Positions 40,391 to 50,977 of a stretch of DNA of 64,000 nucleotides are shown here, piece by piece; the stretch's first letter is position 1; every line of letters starts with the position of its first letter. The position numbers and the translations under genes were made by a program. This DNA is from Burkholderiales bacterium (GTDB lineage: Bacteria > Pseudomonadota > Gammaproteobacteria > Burkholderiales > SG8-39). The notes under the pieces are model-generated. The model was given only the letters and a program-made list of their open reading frames with translations. It searched no databases and was not told where the DNA came from. The stretch lies in the NCBI GenBank assembly GCA_020845995.1, contig JADLES010000089.1, positions 320-64,319 on the forward strand. The letters run 5' to 3'.

Positions 40391-42099
40391 TGACCGCGCA
40401 GGAACAGGCGGTCGATATCCGCGAGCCCGAGCTGGTACCAGGTCGGCCGGCCGTGGTTGCAGCTGCCCGAGCGTTCGGTCTGCTCCATCTCGCGCAGCAG
40501 CGCGTTCATCTCGGCAATGCTGAGGGCGCGGTGGGCGCGCACCGCCGCGTGGCAGGCCATGGTGGCGAGCAGCTCGTTCTGCCGCGCCCGCAGGACTTCG
40601 CTCGCGCCGTACTCGCGAATCTCGCGCAGCAGTTCGCGCGTGAGGCCGGCGATGTCGCCGCCGGCGAGCAGCGCCGGCGCGGCGCGCACCGCGATCTCGT
40701 TGGGGCCGGAGACGCTCGCTTCCAGGCCCAGTTTCTGCAATGCCTCGGCGTTCTCCTCCGCCGTGGCGGCATCCAGCGTGTCCACGGCGAGCACCGCCGG
40801 AACGAGCAGGCTCTGGCGCGCCACCGCGCCCGCGTCCAGGCTCTTCTTCAGCTTCTCCATGACGATGCGCTCGTGCGCCGCGTGCATGTCCACGAGCACC
40901 AGTCCGGCCTCGTTCTGCGCGAGGATGTACACGCCGTGCAACTGGGCGAGCGCGTAGCCGAGCGGCGGAGACTGTCCGGCCGCGGGCAGCGGCGGAGCCG
41001 CGGCCGCCGCCATGAAGCCCTGGTAGGCCTGCGCGGGTTGGGCCAGATGGAATCCTGCCTGCAGGCCGCCGCCGGCGGTCACGGCCCTGGCGTAGGACAC
41101 CGGCGCCTGCGCCGCGGAGGGCGCGAGGGCGCGCTTGAGCGCGTGCAGCACGAACTGGCGCACGGCGCCGGCGTCGCGAAAGCGCACCTCTGTCTTCGCG
41201 GGGTGCACGTTGACGTCGACGCCGCGCGGGTCCAGGTCGAGGAACAGCAGGTACGCGGGCTGCCGGTCGCCGTGCAACTGCTCGCGATAGGCCTCGCGCG
41301 CCGCGTGCGCGAGCATCCGGTCGCGCACGAAGCGGCCGTTGACGTAGAGATACTGGGCGTCGGCGCGCGCGCGCGCCGCCTGCGGCGTTCCGGCCACGCC
41401 GTGCAGGCGCAGCGGCCCCGCTTGCGCGTCCACGGGGAGGCTTGCCTCCAGGAAATCGCGGCCGAGCAGCGCCGCGGCGCGCTCGGCGAGGGGCTGCGCG
41501 CGCAGGTGCTGCGACACGCGGCCGTTGTGTTTGAGGCTGAAACCGACATCGGCGCGCGCGAGCGCGGCGCGCCGGAACGCCTCCTCGCAGTGGCCGAACT
41601 CGGTCTGCTCGGTACGCAGGAACTTGCGGCGCGCGGGCGTGTTGAAGTACAGGTCCTCGACGAGCACGGTCGTGCCTCTTGCGCGCGCGGCGGGGGCGGC
41701 GCGGCCGGCGGCGGCGCCCTCGGCGCGCAGCAGCGCCGCGTGCGGCGCGTCCGCGGGCCGCGACGTGATCGAGAGCCGCGCGACCGAGGCGATGGAGGCA
41801 AGCGCCTCGCCCCGGAAGCCCATCGTGGCCACCGCCTGCAGGTCCTCCAGGCTCGCGATCTTGCTCGTCGCGTGGCGCGCGAGCGCAAGCGGCAGCTCGT
41901 CGGCCGCAAGACCCACGCCGTCGTCGTCCACCTGCACGCGCTTTGCGCCGCCCTGCTCGAGCGCGACCTGGATCTCGGTCGCGCCGGCATCGAGCGCGTT
42001 CTCGATCAGCTCCTTCAGCACCGAGGCCGGCCGCTCGACCACTTCGCCGGCCGCGATCTGGCTGATGAGCAGCTCGGGCAGGACGCGGATCCGGTTCAT
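40387..42099 (-). CDS. mutL: DNA mismatch repair protein MutL
   Basis: Contains [26 protein letters not shown] (GHKL ATPase), and the GFRGEAL, C-terminal CNHGRPT motifs. Overlaps the miaA start by 4 nt. Confidence 0.97.
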   Translation of the reverse strand: MNRIRVLPELLISQIAAGEVVERPASVLKELIENALDAGATEIQVALEQGGAKRVQVDDDGVGLAADELPLALARHATSKIASLEDLQAVATMGFRGEALASIASVARLSITSRPADAPHAALLRAEGAAAGRAAPAARARGTTVLVEDLYFNTPARRKFLRTEQTEFGHCEEAFRRAALARADVGFSLKHNGRVSQHLRAQPLAERAAALLGRDFLEASLPVDAQAGPLRLHGVAGTPQAARARADAQYLYVNGRFVRDRMLAHAAREAYREQLHGDRQPAYLLFLDLDPRGVDVNVHPAKTEVRFRDAGAVRQFVLHALKRALAPSAAQAPVSYARAVTAGGGLQAGFHLAQPAQAYQGFMAAAAAPPLPAAGQSPPLGYALAQLHGVYILAQNEAGLVLVDMHAAHERIVMEKLKKSLDAGAVARQSLLVPAVLAVDTLDAATAEENAEALQKLGLEASVSGPNEIAVRAAPALLAGGDIAGLTRELLREIREYGASEVLRARQNELLATMACHAAVRAHRALSIAEMNALLREMEQTERSGSCNHGRPTWYQLGLADIDRLFLRGQ

Positions 42100-42581
42100 G
42101 CGGCGGCCTCCAACGGTCGCCCGCCCGTGATACGCAACAGCTCCTCGTAGCTCAGCGGGAAAACCGTGTTGGGATGTCCGGCCGCCGCCCAGATCCTGGC
42201 GTGCGCGGCGAGGCTCTTCTCCACGAACGCGAGCAGGGCGGTGGCGTGGCCCAGCGGCGCGACGCCCCCGATCGCAAAGCCCGTGCGCGCGCGCACGAAA
42301 TCGGCGTCCGCCTTGGCGATCCTCTCGCCGATCTCGGCGCCCAGCCGGTCCGTATCGACGCGTCGCGCGCCCGAGGACATGACCAGCACCGCGCGTCCGG
42401 AAGGCTCGGCGCGGAACACGAGCGAATTCGCGATCTGCGCGATCTCGCAGCCGAGGAACTCCGCGGCGGCCCTGGCGGTCCGCGCCGCGCCCGGCAGCTC
42501 GATGATCCGGGTCGCGATGCCAGCGGCTTGCAGCGCCGCCTTGACGCGCGCGACGCCGGCATTGGCGAGGACCTCCGACAT
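42096..42581 (-). CDS. YbaK/EbsC-type aminoacyl-tRNA editing (deacylase) domain protein
   Basis: 161 aa with IANSLVF and a [12 protein letters not shown] core. Its stop overlaps the mutL start by 4 nt. Confidence 0.8.
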   Translation of the reverse strand: MSEVLANAGVARVKAALQAAGIATRIIELPGAARTARAAAEFLGCEIAQIANSLVFRAEPSGRAVLVMSSGARRVDTDRLGAEIGERIAKADADFVRARTGFAIGGVAPLGHATALLAFVEKSLAAHARIWAAAGHPNTVFPLSYEELLRITGGRPLEAAA

Positions 42582-42619
42582 CGCGAGATTATATAAGCGG
42601 CCCCCGGTAGAATCGACGC

Positions 42620-43267
42620 ATGGAGCTGCTCGCTTCCGCCTGGGAGTTTGCCGTCCATCTGGATGCGCACCTGGCGGAATTCGTGGCGGCGCACGGCGCC
42701 TGGGTCTACGCGCTGCTCTTCGTCATCATCTTCATCGAGACCGGGCTGGTGATCTGGCCCTTCCTGCCCGGGGATTCGCTGCTCTTCGTCACCGGCGCGC
42801 TCGCCGCGGCCGGCGGCATCGACCTCGCGACGGTGATGGCGGTGCTGATCGCCGCCGCGCTCAGCGGCGACAACGTCAACTACTTCGTCGGCCGCTGGGT
42901 CGGGCCGCGCGTGTTCCACTACGAGAAGTCGCGCTGGTTCAGCCCCCGGCACCTCGCGCGCGCGCACGAATTCTACGAGCGCCACGGCGGCAAGACCATC
43001 ATCCTCGCGCGCTTCATCCCGATCGTGCGCACCTACGTGCCGTTCGTCGCCGGCATCGGCGCGATGCCCTACGCGCGCTACATCGGCGTTTGCGTCGCGG
43101 GGGCGCTGCTCTGGGTGGTGTCGTTGTGCGGCCTGGGCTACTTCTTCGGCAATCTCGCCGCGGTGAAGCAGAACCTGACCGCGGTGATCCTGCTCATCGT
43201 GCTGGTCTCGATCTCGCCGGGACTGTTCGCCTGGATGAAGGCGCGCGCGGCGCGCAAAAGCGCGTAG
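42620..43267 (+). CDS. DedA family membrane protein
   Basis: Contains IETGLVIWPFLPGDSLLF, and the GKTIILARFIPIVRTYVPFVAG motifs. Confidence 0.9.
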   Translation: MELLASAWEFAVHLDAHLAEFVAAHGAWVYALLFVIIFIETGLVIWPFLPGDSLLFVTGALAAAGGIDLATVMAVLIAAALSGDNVNYFVGRWVGPRVFHYEKSRWFSPRHLARAHEFYERHGGKTIILARFIPIVRTYVPFVAGIGAMPYARYIGVCVAGALLWVVSLCGLGYFFGNLAAVKQNLTAVILLIVLVSISPGLFAWMKARAARKSA

Positions 43268-43289
43268 GGATGTTCTGAACAGGCCCGGT

Positions 43290-44096
43290 TCACGCCTCGC
43301 CGCCGGCAGCGAAGGCGGACAGGCTGCGGTTGAACTCGTCGAGCTCTTCGAAAAACGGGCAGTGCGCGCTCTCGGCAAAACGGACCAGCCGGGCGTTCGG
43401 CAGGTGGCGCGCGAGATAGACGCCTCCCTCGTAACGGTTCTTGGCGTCGTGCACGCCGTGCATCACCAGGACCGGCTGGCGGATGCGCGCCAGGTACTGG
43501 CGATGATCGACACTGGCGAGGTCGGCCATCAGCTGCTTGATGACGTACACCGGCCAGGCGAGAGCCATCTGCAGCCCCGCCATCTTGTACGCCTGTCCAG
43601 GATCCTTGTGGAACAGCCAGCGCTCGAGCAGGTCCCAGTTGGCCTGAGGATTGTTGCGCGCGATCCCCTCGCTCAACCCGCGCGTGAACTGCTCGCTGAA
43701 TCCGCCCGAGCCGGACTTGTCGCCGGTGAACCAGGGTGCGGCGGCGCACAGGGCCAGACGCGCCGCGACCTCGGGATGCCGGGCGACACAGCGCAGCACG
43801 ACGTGGCCCCCCAGACCGTGACTGACCAGGGTCGCATCCGCGAGGTGCAGCGCGCGCACGAGCTCGGCCAGGTCGTCGGCCAGCCGGTCGCAGGTGTAGC
43901 CCGCGGGCGGCTTGTCCGATCCGCCGACCCCGCGATGGTCGTAGGTGATGGTGCGAAACCGGTCGGCCAGATCGCAGACCTGCTGCTCCCACGCGGCATG
44001 CGTGGCCGCGCCGCCGTGCACGAACACGATCGGCCGGCCGCTGCCGAATTCCTCGTAGTACAGCCGCACGCCGTCCGACATGGTTGCGCGGGGCAT
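43290..44096 (-). CDS. Alpha/beta hydrolase
   Basis: 268 aa with IVFVHGG and a nucleophile-elbow-like LVSHGLGG (the usual Ser position is Leu). C-terminal AHCPFFE His motif. Confidence 0.8.
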   Translation of the reverse strand: MPRATMSDGVRLYYEEFGSGRPIVFVHGGAATHAAWEQQVCDLADRFRTITYDHRGVGGSDKPPAGYTCDRLADDLAELVRALHLADATLVSHGLGGHVVLRCVARHPEVAARLALCAAAPWFTGDKSGSGGFSEQFTRGLSEGIARNNPQANWDLLERWLFHKDPGQAYKMAGLQMALAWPVYVIKQLMADLASVDHRQYLARIRQPVLVMHGVHDAKNRYEGGVYLARHLPNARLVRFAESAHCPFFEELDEFNRSLSAFAAGGEA

Positions 44097-44108
44097 GGCA
44101 GCGATTCG

Positions 44109-45407
44109 CTAGCGCGCGACCGGCGCGTTCAACGCCACCGGCGATGGCCGGGGCGGGTGCCTGGCGAGGTAGCGCTTGATGCCGGCGAGGATCGCGATCG
44201 CCAGCTGCGCCTGGTAGTCCTCGTCGTTGAGGCGCTTCTCTTCGGCCGGGTTGGAGATGAAGGCGGTTTCCACCAGGATCGAGGGCACGTCGGGCGATTT
44301 CAGCACCGCGAAGCTCGCCTGCTCGACGCGCGCTTTGTGCAGCGTGTTCACCTGACCGAGCTCGCCCAGCACCGCCTTGCCCAGGCGCAGGCTGTGGTCG
44401 ATAGTCGCGGTCTGCGACAGGTCCAGCAGGGTCTGCGCGAGGTACTTGTCCTTCACGTCGATGTTGACGCCGCCGACCAGGTCGGCTTCGTTCTCCTTCT
44501 TCGCCAGCCAGCGCGCCGCTTCCGAGGTGGCGCGCCGCTCCGAGAGCGCGAACACGCTCGAGCCGCGCGCGTTGGGCCGGATGAAGGCGTCGGCGTGCAC
44601 CGAGACGAAGAGGTCCGCCCGCACGCGCCGCGCCTTGTCGACGCGCAGTTGCAGCGGCACGTAGTAGTCGCCGTCGCGCGTCAGCAGCGCGCGCATGTCG
44701 GTTTCCGCGTCGATCAGCGCTTTCAGGCGCCTGGCGATCGTCAGGGTGATGTCCTTCTCGCGCGAGCCGTGCCGGCCGCGCGCGCCGGGATCTTCGCCGC
44801 CGTGCCCGGGATCGATGACGATGGTGGCCATGCGCGTCACGCGCGGCCTCTCGGGCGGCGGCGCGGCTTCCTCCCTGCGCGCGGGCGCCTCCCGCGCGGG
44901 CAGCTTGCCGTCGGCCTGGATCAGCGCGGCGAGCGGGTCGGGCGCAACCAGCGGGTAGAGATCGATCACCAGCCGGTAGCCGTATTCGCCGACCGGCTTG
45001 AGGACGAACACCTGCGGCTTCACCTCGGTCTTGAGGTCGAGGACCAACCGCAGCACCCCCGGCCGGTTGCGTCCGGCGCGCAGCTTGTCGATGTAGGGGT
45101 CGCCCGCGGCGACCTTGCCCTGCAGGTCGGCGACAGCCGGCCCGTACTCCGCGCCTTCCAGGTCGAGGACGAGGCGCTCGGGGTCTTTGACCACGAAAAG
45201 CTCGAACCTGATCTGGGCTTTCGATTCCAGCGTGACGCGCGTGTAGTCCTTCGCCGGCCAGATCCGGGTGGAAACGATCTGTGCCTGCGCCGTGACGGCG
45301 CCTATGAAGAGCGCCAGCGCGACAAGGCCGCGGCGAGCCAGGCCTCGCCCGCGGGGGAATGCGCGGTGAGCGTCGCGCGGCGCGACGGATTCTCCGTGTC
45401 GCCGCAA
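44109..45407 (-). CDS. amiC: N-acetylmuramoyl-L-alanine amidase with AMIN domain
   Basis: AMIN domain (IWPAKDYTRVTLES...LVLDL), and catalytic IVIDPGHGGEDPGA, SVHADA, ETAFISNP. The start is uncertain. TTG at 45407 is the nearest in-frame start upstream of the RRGLVALALFIGAVTAQA signal, and it overlaps tsaE by 106 nt. Confidence 0.85.
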   Translation of the reverse strand: MRRHGESVAPRDAHRAFPRGRGLARRGLVALALFIGAVTAQAQIVSTRIWPAKDYTRVTLESKAQIRFELFVVKDPERLVLDLEGAEYGPAVADLQGKVAAGDPYIDKLRAGRNRPGVLRLVLDLKTEVKPQVFVLKPVGEYGYRLVIDLYPLVAPDPLAALIQADGKLPAREAPARREEAAPPPERPRVTRMATIVIDPGHGGEDPGARGRHGSREKDITLTIARRLKALIDAETDMRALLTRDGDYYVPLQLRVDKARRVRADLFVSVHADAFIRPNARGSSVFALSERRATSEAARWLAKKENEADLVGGVNIDVKDKYLAQTLLDLSQTATIDHSLRLGKAVLGELGQVNTLHKARVEQASFAVLKSPDVPSILVETAFISNPAEEKRLNDEDYQAQLAIAILAGIKRYLARHPPRPSPVALNAPVAR

Positions 45408-45811
45408 TATTCGAGCAAGAGGTCGAGATCGGGCCTGGGCAGAAGGTCCCCGGCCCGCTCCGGCCACTCGACCACGCAGAGCGATTCCGCATTGAAGTGC
45501 TCGCGGAAGCCGGAACTCAGCCATTCTGCTCGATCCTTGATCCTATAAAAATCAAAGTGATACAAGTTTAATCTCAAATCGGCATAAGGTTCAACCAGGG
45601 CGTAGGTAGGACTCTTGACCCGCCCCAGGTAGCCCAGGGCGCGCAGCAAGCCTCTGACCAGGGTGGTTTTTCCGGCACCAAGCTCCCCGCGCAGATGCAG
45701 GGTCCGGCCGCCCGCCGCTGCGGCGGCGCAGGCCCCGCCCAGCCGCAGCGTCGCCGCCTCGTCGGGCAGCTCGACCTGTGTCCCGCCGAGCCCGCTACGA
45801 TGCTCCGCCAT
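45302..45811 (-). CDS. tsaE: tRNA threonylcarbamoyladenosine biosynthesis ATPase TsaE
   Basis: Contains LRGELGAGKTTLVRG, and the SPTYALVEPY, LYHFDFYR, VVEWPE motifs. Confidence 0.9.
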   Translation of the reverse strand: MAEHRSGLGGTQVELPDEAATLRLGGACAAAAAGGRTLHLRGELGAGKTTLVRGLLRALGYLGRVKSPTYALVEPYADLRLNLYHFDFYRIKDRAEWLSSGFREHFNAESLCVVEWPERAGDLLPRPDLDLLLEYCGDTENPSRRATLTAHSPAGEAWLAAALSRWRSS

Positions 45812-46859
45812 GGATTACGCCGCGCTGGCGGACCGGATCAAGCAGTGGGGGCGCGAACTCGGCTTCCAGGCCGTGGGCATTGCGGACACCGATCTGTCGG
45901 CCGCGCAAGGCCGCCTCGCCGAATGGCTCGGACTGGGCTGGCACGGCGAGATGGATTATATGGCGCGCCACGCGCAGCTCCGCGCGCAGCCGGGGCGGCT
46001 GCTCGAGGGAACGGTGCGCGTCATCGCCTGCCGCATGGATTATGTGGACGACGCGGTGGCGCCGCTGGAGGCAGAACTTGCCGACCGCTCGCGCGCCTAC
46101 ATCGCGCGCTACGCGCGCGGGCGCGACTACCACGGGCTCGTGCGCGGGCGCCTGCAGAAGCTGTGTGAGCGGATCGCTGCGCAAACCGGTCCTTTCCGCC
46201 ACCGCGCGCTCGCCGACTCCGCGCCGGTCATGGAGGTGGAGCTCGCCGCGCGCGCCGGCATCGGCTGGCGCGGCAAGCACACGCTGCTGCTCGACCGGGA
46301 AGGCTCCTGGTTTTTTCTCGGCGAGATCTACTGCGACTTGCCTCTCCCCGCCGATGCGGAGAGGGATAGCCATTGCGGCAGCTGCGAGCGCTGCATCGGG
46401 ATCTGCCCGACGCAGGCCATCATCGCGCCCTACCGGCTCGATGCGCGCCGCTGCATCTCGTACCTCACGATCGAGCACAAGAGCGCGATCCCCGAGGAGC
46501 TGCGCCCGCTGATCGGCAACCGCGTCTACGGCTGCGACGACTGCCAGCTCGTCTGTCCCTGGAATGGATTCGCGGGGGTGTCGCGGGAAAAGGACTTCCA
46601 GGCGAGGAACGGACTGGACCGCGCCGCCCTGCTGGAGCTGTTCGCCTGGACCGAGGCGGAGTTCGACGAGCGCCTGCGCGGCTCGCCGATCCGGCGCATC
46701 GGCTACGAGCGCTGGCTGCGCAATCTTGCCGTCGGCCTGGGCAATGCGCCCACGTCCCCGGCAGTGATCGGCGCCCTGCAGAAAAAGCGACACCATCCCT
46801 CCCCGCTGGTGCGCGAGCACGTGGCCTGGGCGCTATCACGTCACGGAGTGGCCTCCTGA
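45810..46859 (+). CDS. queG: Epoxyqueuosine reductase
   Basis: ATG at 45810. Contains IGWRGKHTLLL, ferredoxin motifs CGSCERCIGICPTQA and CDDCQLVCPWN, and C-terminal HEAT-like HPSPLVREHVAWAL. Confidence 0.93.
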   Translation: MDYAALADRIKQWGRELGFQAVGIADTDLSAAQGRLAEWLGLGWHGEMDYMARHAQLRAQPGRLLEGTVRVIACRMDYVDDAVAPLEAELADRSRAYIARYARGRDYHGLVRGRLQKLCERIAAQTGPFRHRALADSAPVMEVELAARAGIGWRGKHTLLLDREGSWFFLGEIYCDLPLPADAERDSHCGSCERCIGICPTQAIIAPYRLDARRCISYLTIEHKSAIPEELRPLIGNRVYGCDDCQLVCPWNGFAGVSREKDFQARNGLDRAALLELFAWTEAEFDERLRGSPIRRIGYERWLRNLAVGLGNAPTSPAVIGALQKKRHHPSPLVREHVAWALSRHGVAS

Positions 46860-46940
46860 CGCGCGCCACGGCGCCGCTCGACAGAACCTGCGCGACACGG
46901 CAACATCGGGCCTGACCTAGACACCCTGGAGGAGGGGATC

Positions 46941-48086
46941 ATGGCAAGACAGGCATTCGTGCTCGCGGCCGCGCTCGCGGCCTTCGCGGGCGGCGCTCTC
47001 GCGCAGGCGCCCAAGCTGCCCCAGACCTTGACGCTGACCGCCTACGACACGGGCTCGTCCGGCTTCAATATCGCCGTCGCGGTGGGCAAGGCGCTCAAGG
47101 ACCGGCACGGCACCGACACGCGCGTGCTGCCCGCGGGCAACGACGTGGCGCGCCTTGCGCCGCTGAAGGGCGGGCGCGCGCAGGCCTCGTTCATGGGCAT
47201 CGGCGTGTATTTCGCGCAGGAGGGCGTGTTCGAGTTCGCGGTCAGGGACTGGGGCCCGCAGGCGCTGCGGCTCGTGCTCGCGTCCATCGACTGCAACGCC
47301 GTCTCGCTCGGCGTCGCCAAGGACACGGGCGTGAAGCAGGTGAAGGACCTGAAGGGCAAGCGCATCGGCGTCGTGGTCGGCTCGCCCGCCCTCAACCAGA
47401 ACGCGTTCGCGGTGCTCGCCTTCGGCGGGGTCGCCAAGAACCAGGTCAAGCTGGTTGAATTCTCGAGCTACGGCGCGATGTGGAAGGGCATCCTCAATAA
47501 CGAGGTGGATGCCGCCATCGCCTCGACCATTTCCGGCCAGGCGAAGGAAGCCGAGGCTTCGCCCCGCGGCCTGGTGTACCCGCCGACCCCGGCCGCTGAC
47601 AAGGCCGGCTGGCAGCGCCTGCGCGAGATCGGCCCCTACTACTCGCCGCACAAGGCCACCTGCGGGGGCGGGGCCACGCCACAGGCGCCGATCGAGCTTC
47701 CCAGCTATCCCTACCCGATCCTCAGCGCCTACGCGACCCAGCCCGCGGACCTCGTTTACGCGCTCACCAAGGCGATGATCACGGACTACGCGGCCTACAA
47801 GGACGGCGCGCCGGGCGCGGCCGGGCTGGAGCTCTCTCGGCAGAACCTCGCCTGGGTGCTGCCGTACCACGAGGGGGCCGTGAGGGCGATACGCGAGGCG
47901 GGCGCCTGGAAGCCCGAGCATGAGGCGCACCAGCAGAAGGCGCTCAAGCGACAGCAGACGCTCGCCGCCGCCTGGGCCGCGTTCCTCAAGACGAACCCGC
48001 CCGAGGGCGGCGACGCCTTCCGCAAGGCCTGGATGACGGTGCGCAACTCTACGCTGCAGAAAGCCGGTTTCGACACGGTGTTCTGA
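46941..48086 (+). CDS. TAXI-family TRAP transporter solute-binding protein
   Basis: Signal peptide MARQAFVLAAALAAFAGGALA-QA. Contains TGSSGFNIAVAVGKAL and the VKDLKGKRIGVVVGSPALN pattern of NMT1/TAXI receptors. GGAGGAGGGG Shine-Dalgarno. Confidence 0.85.
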   Translation: MARQAFVLAAALAAFAGGALAQAPKLPQTLTLTAYDTGSSGFNIAVAVGKALKDRHGTDTRVLPAGNDVARLAPLKGGRAQASFMGIGVYFAQEGVFEFAVRDWGPQALRLVLASIDCNAVSLGVAKDTGVKQVKDLKGKRIGVVVGSPALNQNAFAVLAFGGVAKNQVKLVEFSSYGAMWKGILNNEVDAAIASTISGQAKEAEASPRGLVYPPTPAADKAGWQRLREIGPYYSPHKATCGGGATPQAPIELPSYPYPILSAYATQPADLVYALTKAMITDYAAYKDGAPGAAGLELSRQNLAWVLPYHEGAVRAIREAGAWKPEHEAHQQKALKRQQTLAAAWAAFLKTNPPEGGDAFRKAWMTVRNSTLQKAGFDTVF

Positions 48087-48095
48087 GCCGGCGGC

Positions 48096-50069
48096 GTGAC
48101 GGTCGGCCCGCAGGAAGCGGAGGTCGTCCGCGTCCGCCGCCTCCCGGGCGTCTGGCGCGCCCTGCTGATCGCCGCCGCCGCGGCGACGATCTTCCTTTGC
48201 GTCAACCAGCAGTTCGTCCTGCGCTTCTTCGTCGGCTTCACTCCGCTCAACACCGAGTACTACTACGGCCTCGTGCTGGTGATGCTGCCGTTCGTGTTCG
48301 TGATCTTTCCGGGCAGCGCGCGCGCGCCTCTGGACCGCGTCGCCTGGGTCGACGCGGCGCTGTTCGCGCTCACGGCGGCCACTGCCGCCTACCTGATGCT
48401 GCACATCCGCAAGGCGGCCGAACTGGGCTGGGAGTTCAGCGGCGCGCCCGCCGGCGTGGTCTGGGCGGGCTATGCGATGTGGGCCCTGCTCATGGAGGCG
48501 CTGCGGCGCACCGGCGGCTGGGGACTCGTGCTTTCGGTGCTGCCCTTCTCTCTCTATCCGGTGTTCGCCGGCGCCGACTGGCTGGGGCCGTTGAAGGGCA
48601 CGGAATCGACCTTCGCGCAGGCGAGCGCCTACCACATGCTCTCGGTGGAGAGCCTGCTCGGCATCCCGCTGCAGGCGTTCGCCGAGACCGTGATCGGCTT
48701 TCTCGTCTTCGGCACCGCGCTGATGATGACCGGCGCCGGCAAGTTCTTCATCAACCTCGCGTTCGCGCTCTGCGGCACGTTCCGCGGCGGCGCAGCCAAG
48801 GTGTGCATCTTCGCCAGCGGACTGCTCGGCATGATGTCGGGCAGCGTGGTCTCCAACGTGCTCACCGCGGGCACGATGACCATTCCGGTGATGAAGAAGA
48901 CCGGCTTTCGCGCCTCCTACGCGGGCGCGATCGAGGCCTGCGCCTCCACCGGCGCGGTGCTCGCGCCGCCGGTGATGGGCGCGACCGCGTTCGTGATGGC
49001 CCAGTTCCTCAACGTCAGCTACGCCGAGGTGGCGCTCGCCGCGGCGATCCCCGCGTTCCTCTACTACTTCGGGCTGTTCATGCAGGTGGACGCGTATGCC
49101 GCGCGCCACGGCCTGCAGGGCCTCGCGCGCGCCGAACTGCCGCGCCTGGCCGACACGCTGCGCGAGGGCTGGTACTACATCTTCGTCATCGTGCTGCTCG
49201 TGTTCATGATGCTGGTGATGAAGCGCGAGAGCCACGCGCCTTTCTACGCGACGCTGCTCCTGCTTGCGCTCAACCAGGCGTTCAACCGCGAGCGCTGGAC
49301 CTGGGCCACCGTGGCGCGCTTTCTCGAGGTCAACGGCCGCACCTTCGCCGAGCTGGTCGGCATCCTCGCCGGCTGCGGCCTGCTGATCGGCGCCTTCTCG
49401 CTCACGGGCGTGGTTTCCAGCCTCGCCAACGACCTGCTGCGCATCGCCGGCAACAACGCGCTGCTGCTGCTCGCCATGACCGCGCTGACCAGCCTGGTGC
49501 TGGGCCTGGGCCTGACCACCACCGCCTGCTACATCTTCCTCGCGGTGCTGGTCGGGCCGGCGCTGGAGAAGGTGGGTCTCAACAAGATGGCGGTGCACAT
49601 GTTCGTGTTCTACTGGGGGATGCTCTCGGCGATCACGCCGCCGGTGGCGATCGCCTCGTTCGCCGCCGCCGGCATCGCCGGCGCGCCGCCGATGAAGACC
49701 GGCTGGGAGTCGATGCGCGTGGGCAGCATCATCTACTTCCTGCCGTTCTTTTTCGTCCTCAACCCCGCGTTCGTGCTGCAGGGGCCCTGGCTCGAGGCGC
49801 TCTACCTCACGCTCACCGCGGGTCTGGGCGCGGTCTTCATCTGCGGCGGCATGCAGGGCTACCAGCTCGGCGTGGGTGACCTGCGGCGCGCGGGCGCGCT
49901 CGAATGGCCGTTGCGCTGCGCCTACATGGTCGGCGGCGTCGTGCTCGCCACGCCCGGCGGCGGCATCATGCTGCTGTCGAACGCCGAGATGGAGCTGCTC
50001 GGCGCGGCAATCCTGGTGCCCGCGGCGGCGGCCGGCGCGCTGCTTGTGCGCCGCGCGCGCGCCGCATGA
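48096..50069 (+). CDS. TRAP transporter fused 4TM/12TM permease (TAXI-associated)
   Basis: 657 aa with a GTG start, highly hydrophobic, DctM-like core (SGLLGMMSGSVVSNVLTAGTMTIPVMKK). Confidence 0.9.
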   Translation: MTVGPQEAEVVRVRRLPGVWRALLIAAAAATIFLCVNQQFVLRFFVGFTPLNTEYYYGLVLVMLPFVFVIFPGSARAPLDRVAWVDAALFALTAATAAYLMLHIRKAAELGWEFSGAPAGVVWAGYAMWALLMEALRRTGGWGLVLSVLPFSLYPVFAGADWLGPLKGTESTFAQASAYHMLSVESLLGIPLQAFAETVIGFLVFGTALMMTGAGKFFINLAFALCGTFRGGAAKVCIFASGLLGMMSGSVVSNVLTAGTMTIPVMKKTGFRASYAGAIEACASTGAVLAPPVMGATAFVMAQFLNVSYAEVALAAAIPAFLYYFGLFMQVDAYAARHGLQGLARAELPRLADTLREGWYYIFVIVLLVFMMLVMKRESHAPFYATLLLLALNQAFNRERWTWATVARFLEVNGRTFAELVGILAGCGLLIGAFSLTGVVSSLANDLLRIAGNNALLLLAMTALTSLVLGLGLTTTACYIFLAVLVGPALEKVGLNKMAVHMFVFYWGMLSAITPPVAIASFAAAGIAGAPPMKTGWESMRVGSIIYFLPFFFVLNPAFVLQGPWLEALYLTLTAGLGAVFICGGMQGYQLGVGDLRRAGALEWPLRCAYMVGGVVLATPGGGIMLLSNAEMELLGAAILVPAAAAGALLVRRARAA

Positions 50070-50950
50070 GCGCGTGGGCGGCCGACCGGCAGCTCGCGGG
50101 CTTCGAAGCGCTCGAGCTGCCCGCGCCCGACGACTACGACGGGCGCGTGGTCGCGACGCTCGTGCGGCTGCCCGCGGGCGACGCGCCCGAAGGCGCCGTG
50201 CTTTACGTGCACGGCTTCATCGACTACTTTTTCCAGCGCCACATGGCCGAGCGCTTCGCCGCCGAGGGCTACGCGTTCTACGCGCTCGACCTGCGCAAGC
50301 ACGGCCGCTCGCTGCTGCCGCACCAGCATCCCTGCTTCTGCAAGGACCTCGCGGAATACCACGACGACATCACGCGCGCGCTGGAGGCGATCGGCACCAA
50401 CGTGCTGCTCGCGGGGCACTCGACGGGCGGTCTGGTTTGCTCCTTGTATTGTCATGAAGGGAAACGGAGAGACCGCATCCGCGCGCTCTGGCTGAACAGC
50501 CCGTTCCTCGACTGGCGCGAGTCGCACAAGGGCAGGCTGCGCATCGCGCAGTTTCTCGGCTGGTTTTCGCCCTTCCTGCACGACCCCAAGGCGGTGCTGC
50601 CCGAGTACGTGCGCAGCCTGCACCGCGACTGGGGCGGCGAGTGGGAGTTCGACCTGACGCTCAAGCCCGAATATGGCTTCCCGGCCTACTTCGGCTGGGT
50701 GCGCGCGATCTTCGAGGCGCATCGAAAAATACACGCGGGGCTCGGCCTGGGGATCCCCGTGCTGTCGATGCACTCGGACGGGGCCGACATCGTGCTCGCC
50801 TGGAAATCGATCGCGCGCTGGTCGCGCGCGCTCGGCCCGGAGGTCGCGGTGCAGGCGTTCCCGGGGGCCCTGCACGATCTCGTGCTCTCGCGCCGCGAGA
50901 TCCGCGAAGCCGTGTTCCGCCAGCTCTTCGCCTGGGCGGCGCGACACTGA
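50066..50950 (+). CDS. Alpha/beta hydrolase (lysophospholipase/monoacylglycerol-lipase-like)
   Basis: The ATG overlaps the permease stop (ATGA). Contains VLYVHGFIDY, nucleophile elbow GHSTGG, and C-terminal ALHDL (His). Confidence 0.85.
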   Translation: MSAWAADRQLAGFEALELPAPDDYDGRVVATLVRLPAGDAPEGAVLYVHGFIDYFFQRHMAERFAAEGYAFYALDLRKHGRSLLPHQHPCFCKDLAEYHDDITRALEAIGTNVLLAGHSTGGLVCSLYCHEGKRRDRIRALWLNSPFLDWRESHKGRLRIAQFLGWFSPFLHDPKAVLPEYVRSLHRDWGGEWEFDLTLKPEYGFPAYFGWVRAIFEAHRKIHAGLGLGIPVLSMHSDGADIVLAWKSIARWSRALGPEVAVQAFPGALHDLVLSRREIREAVFRQLFAWAARH

Positions 50951-50977
50951 TTCGAGGCGGCCGGCGAGAATGCCACC

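Noticed and set aside
46917-49598. 893-aa minus-strand ORF
   Set aside because: It is antisense to the TAXI receptor and TRAP permease genes, with low-complexity Arg/Gly/Glu/His composition and no motifs.
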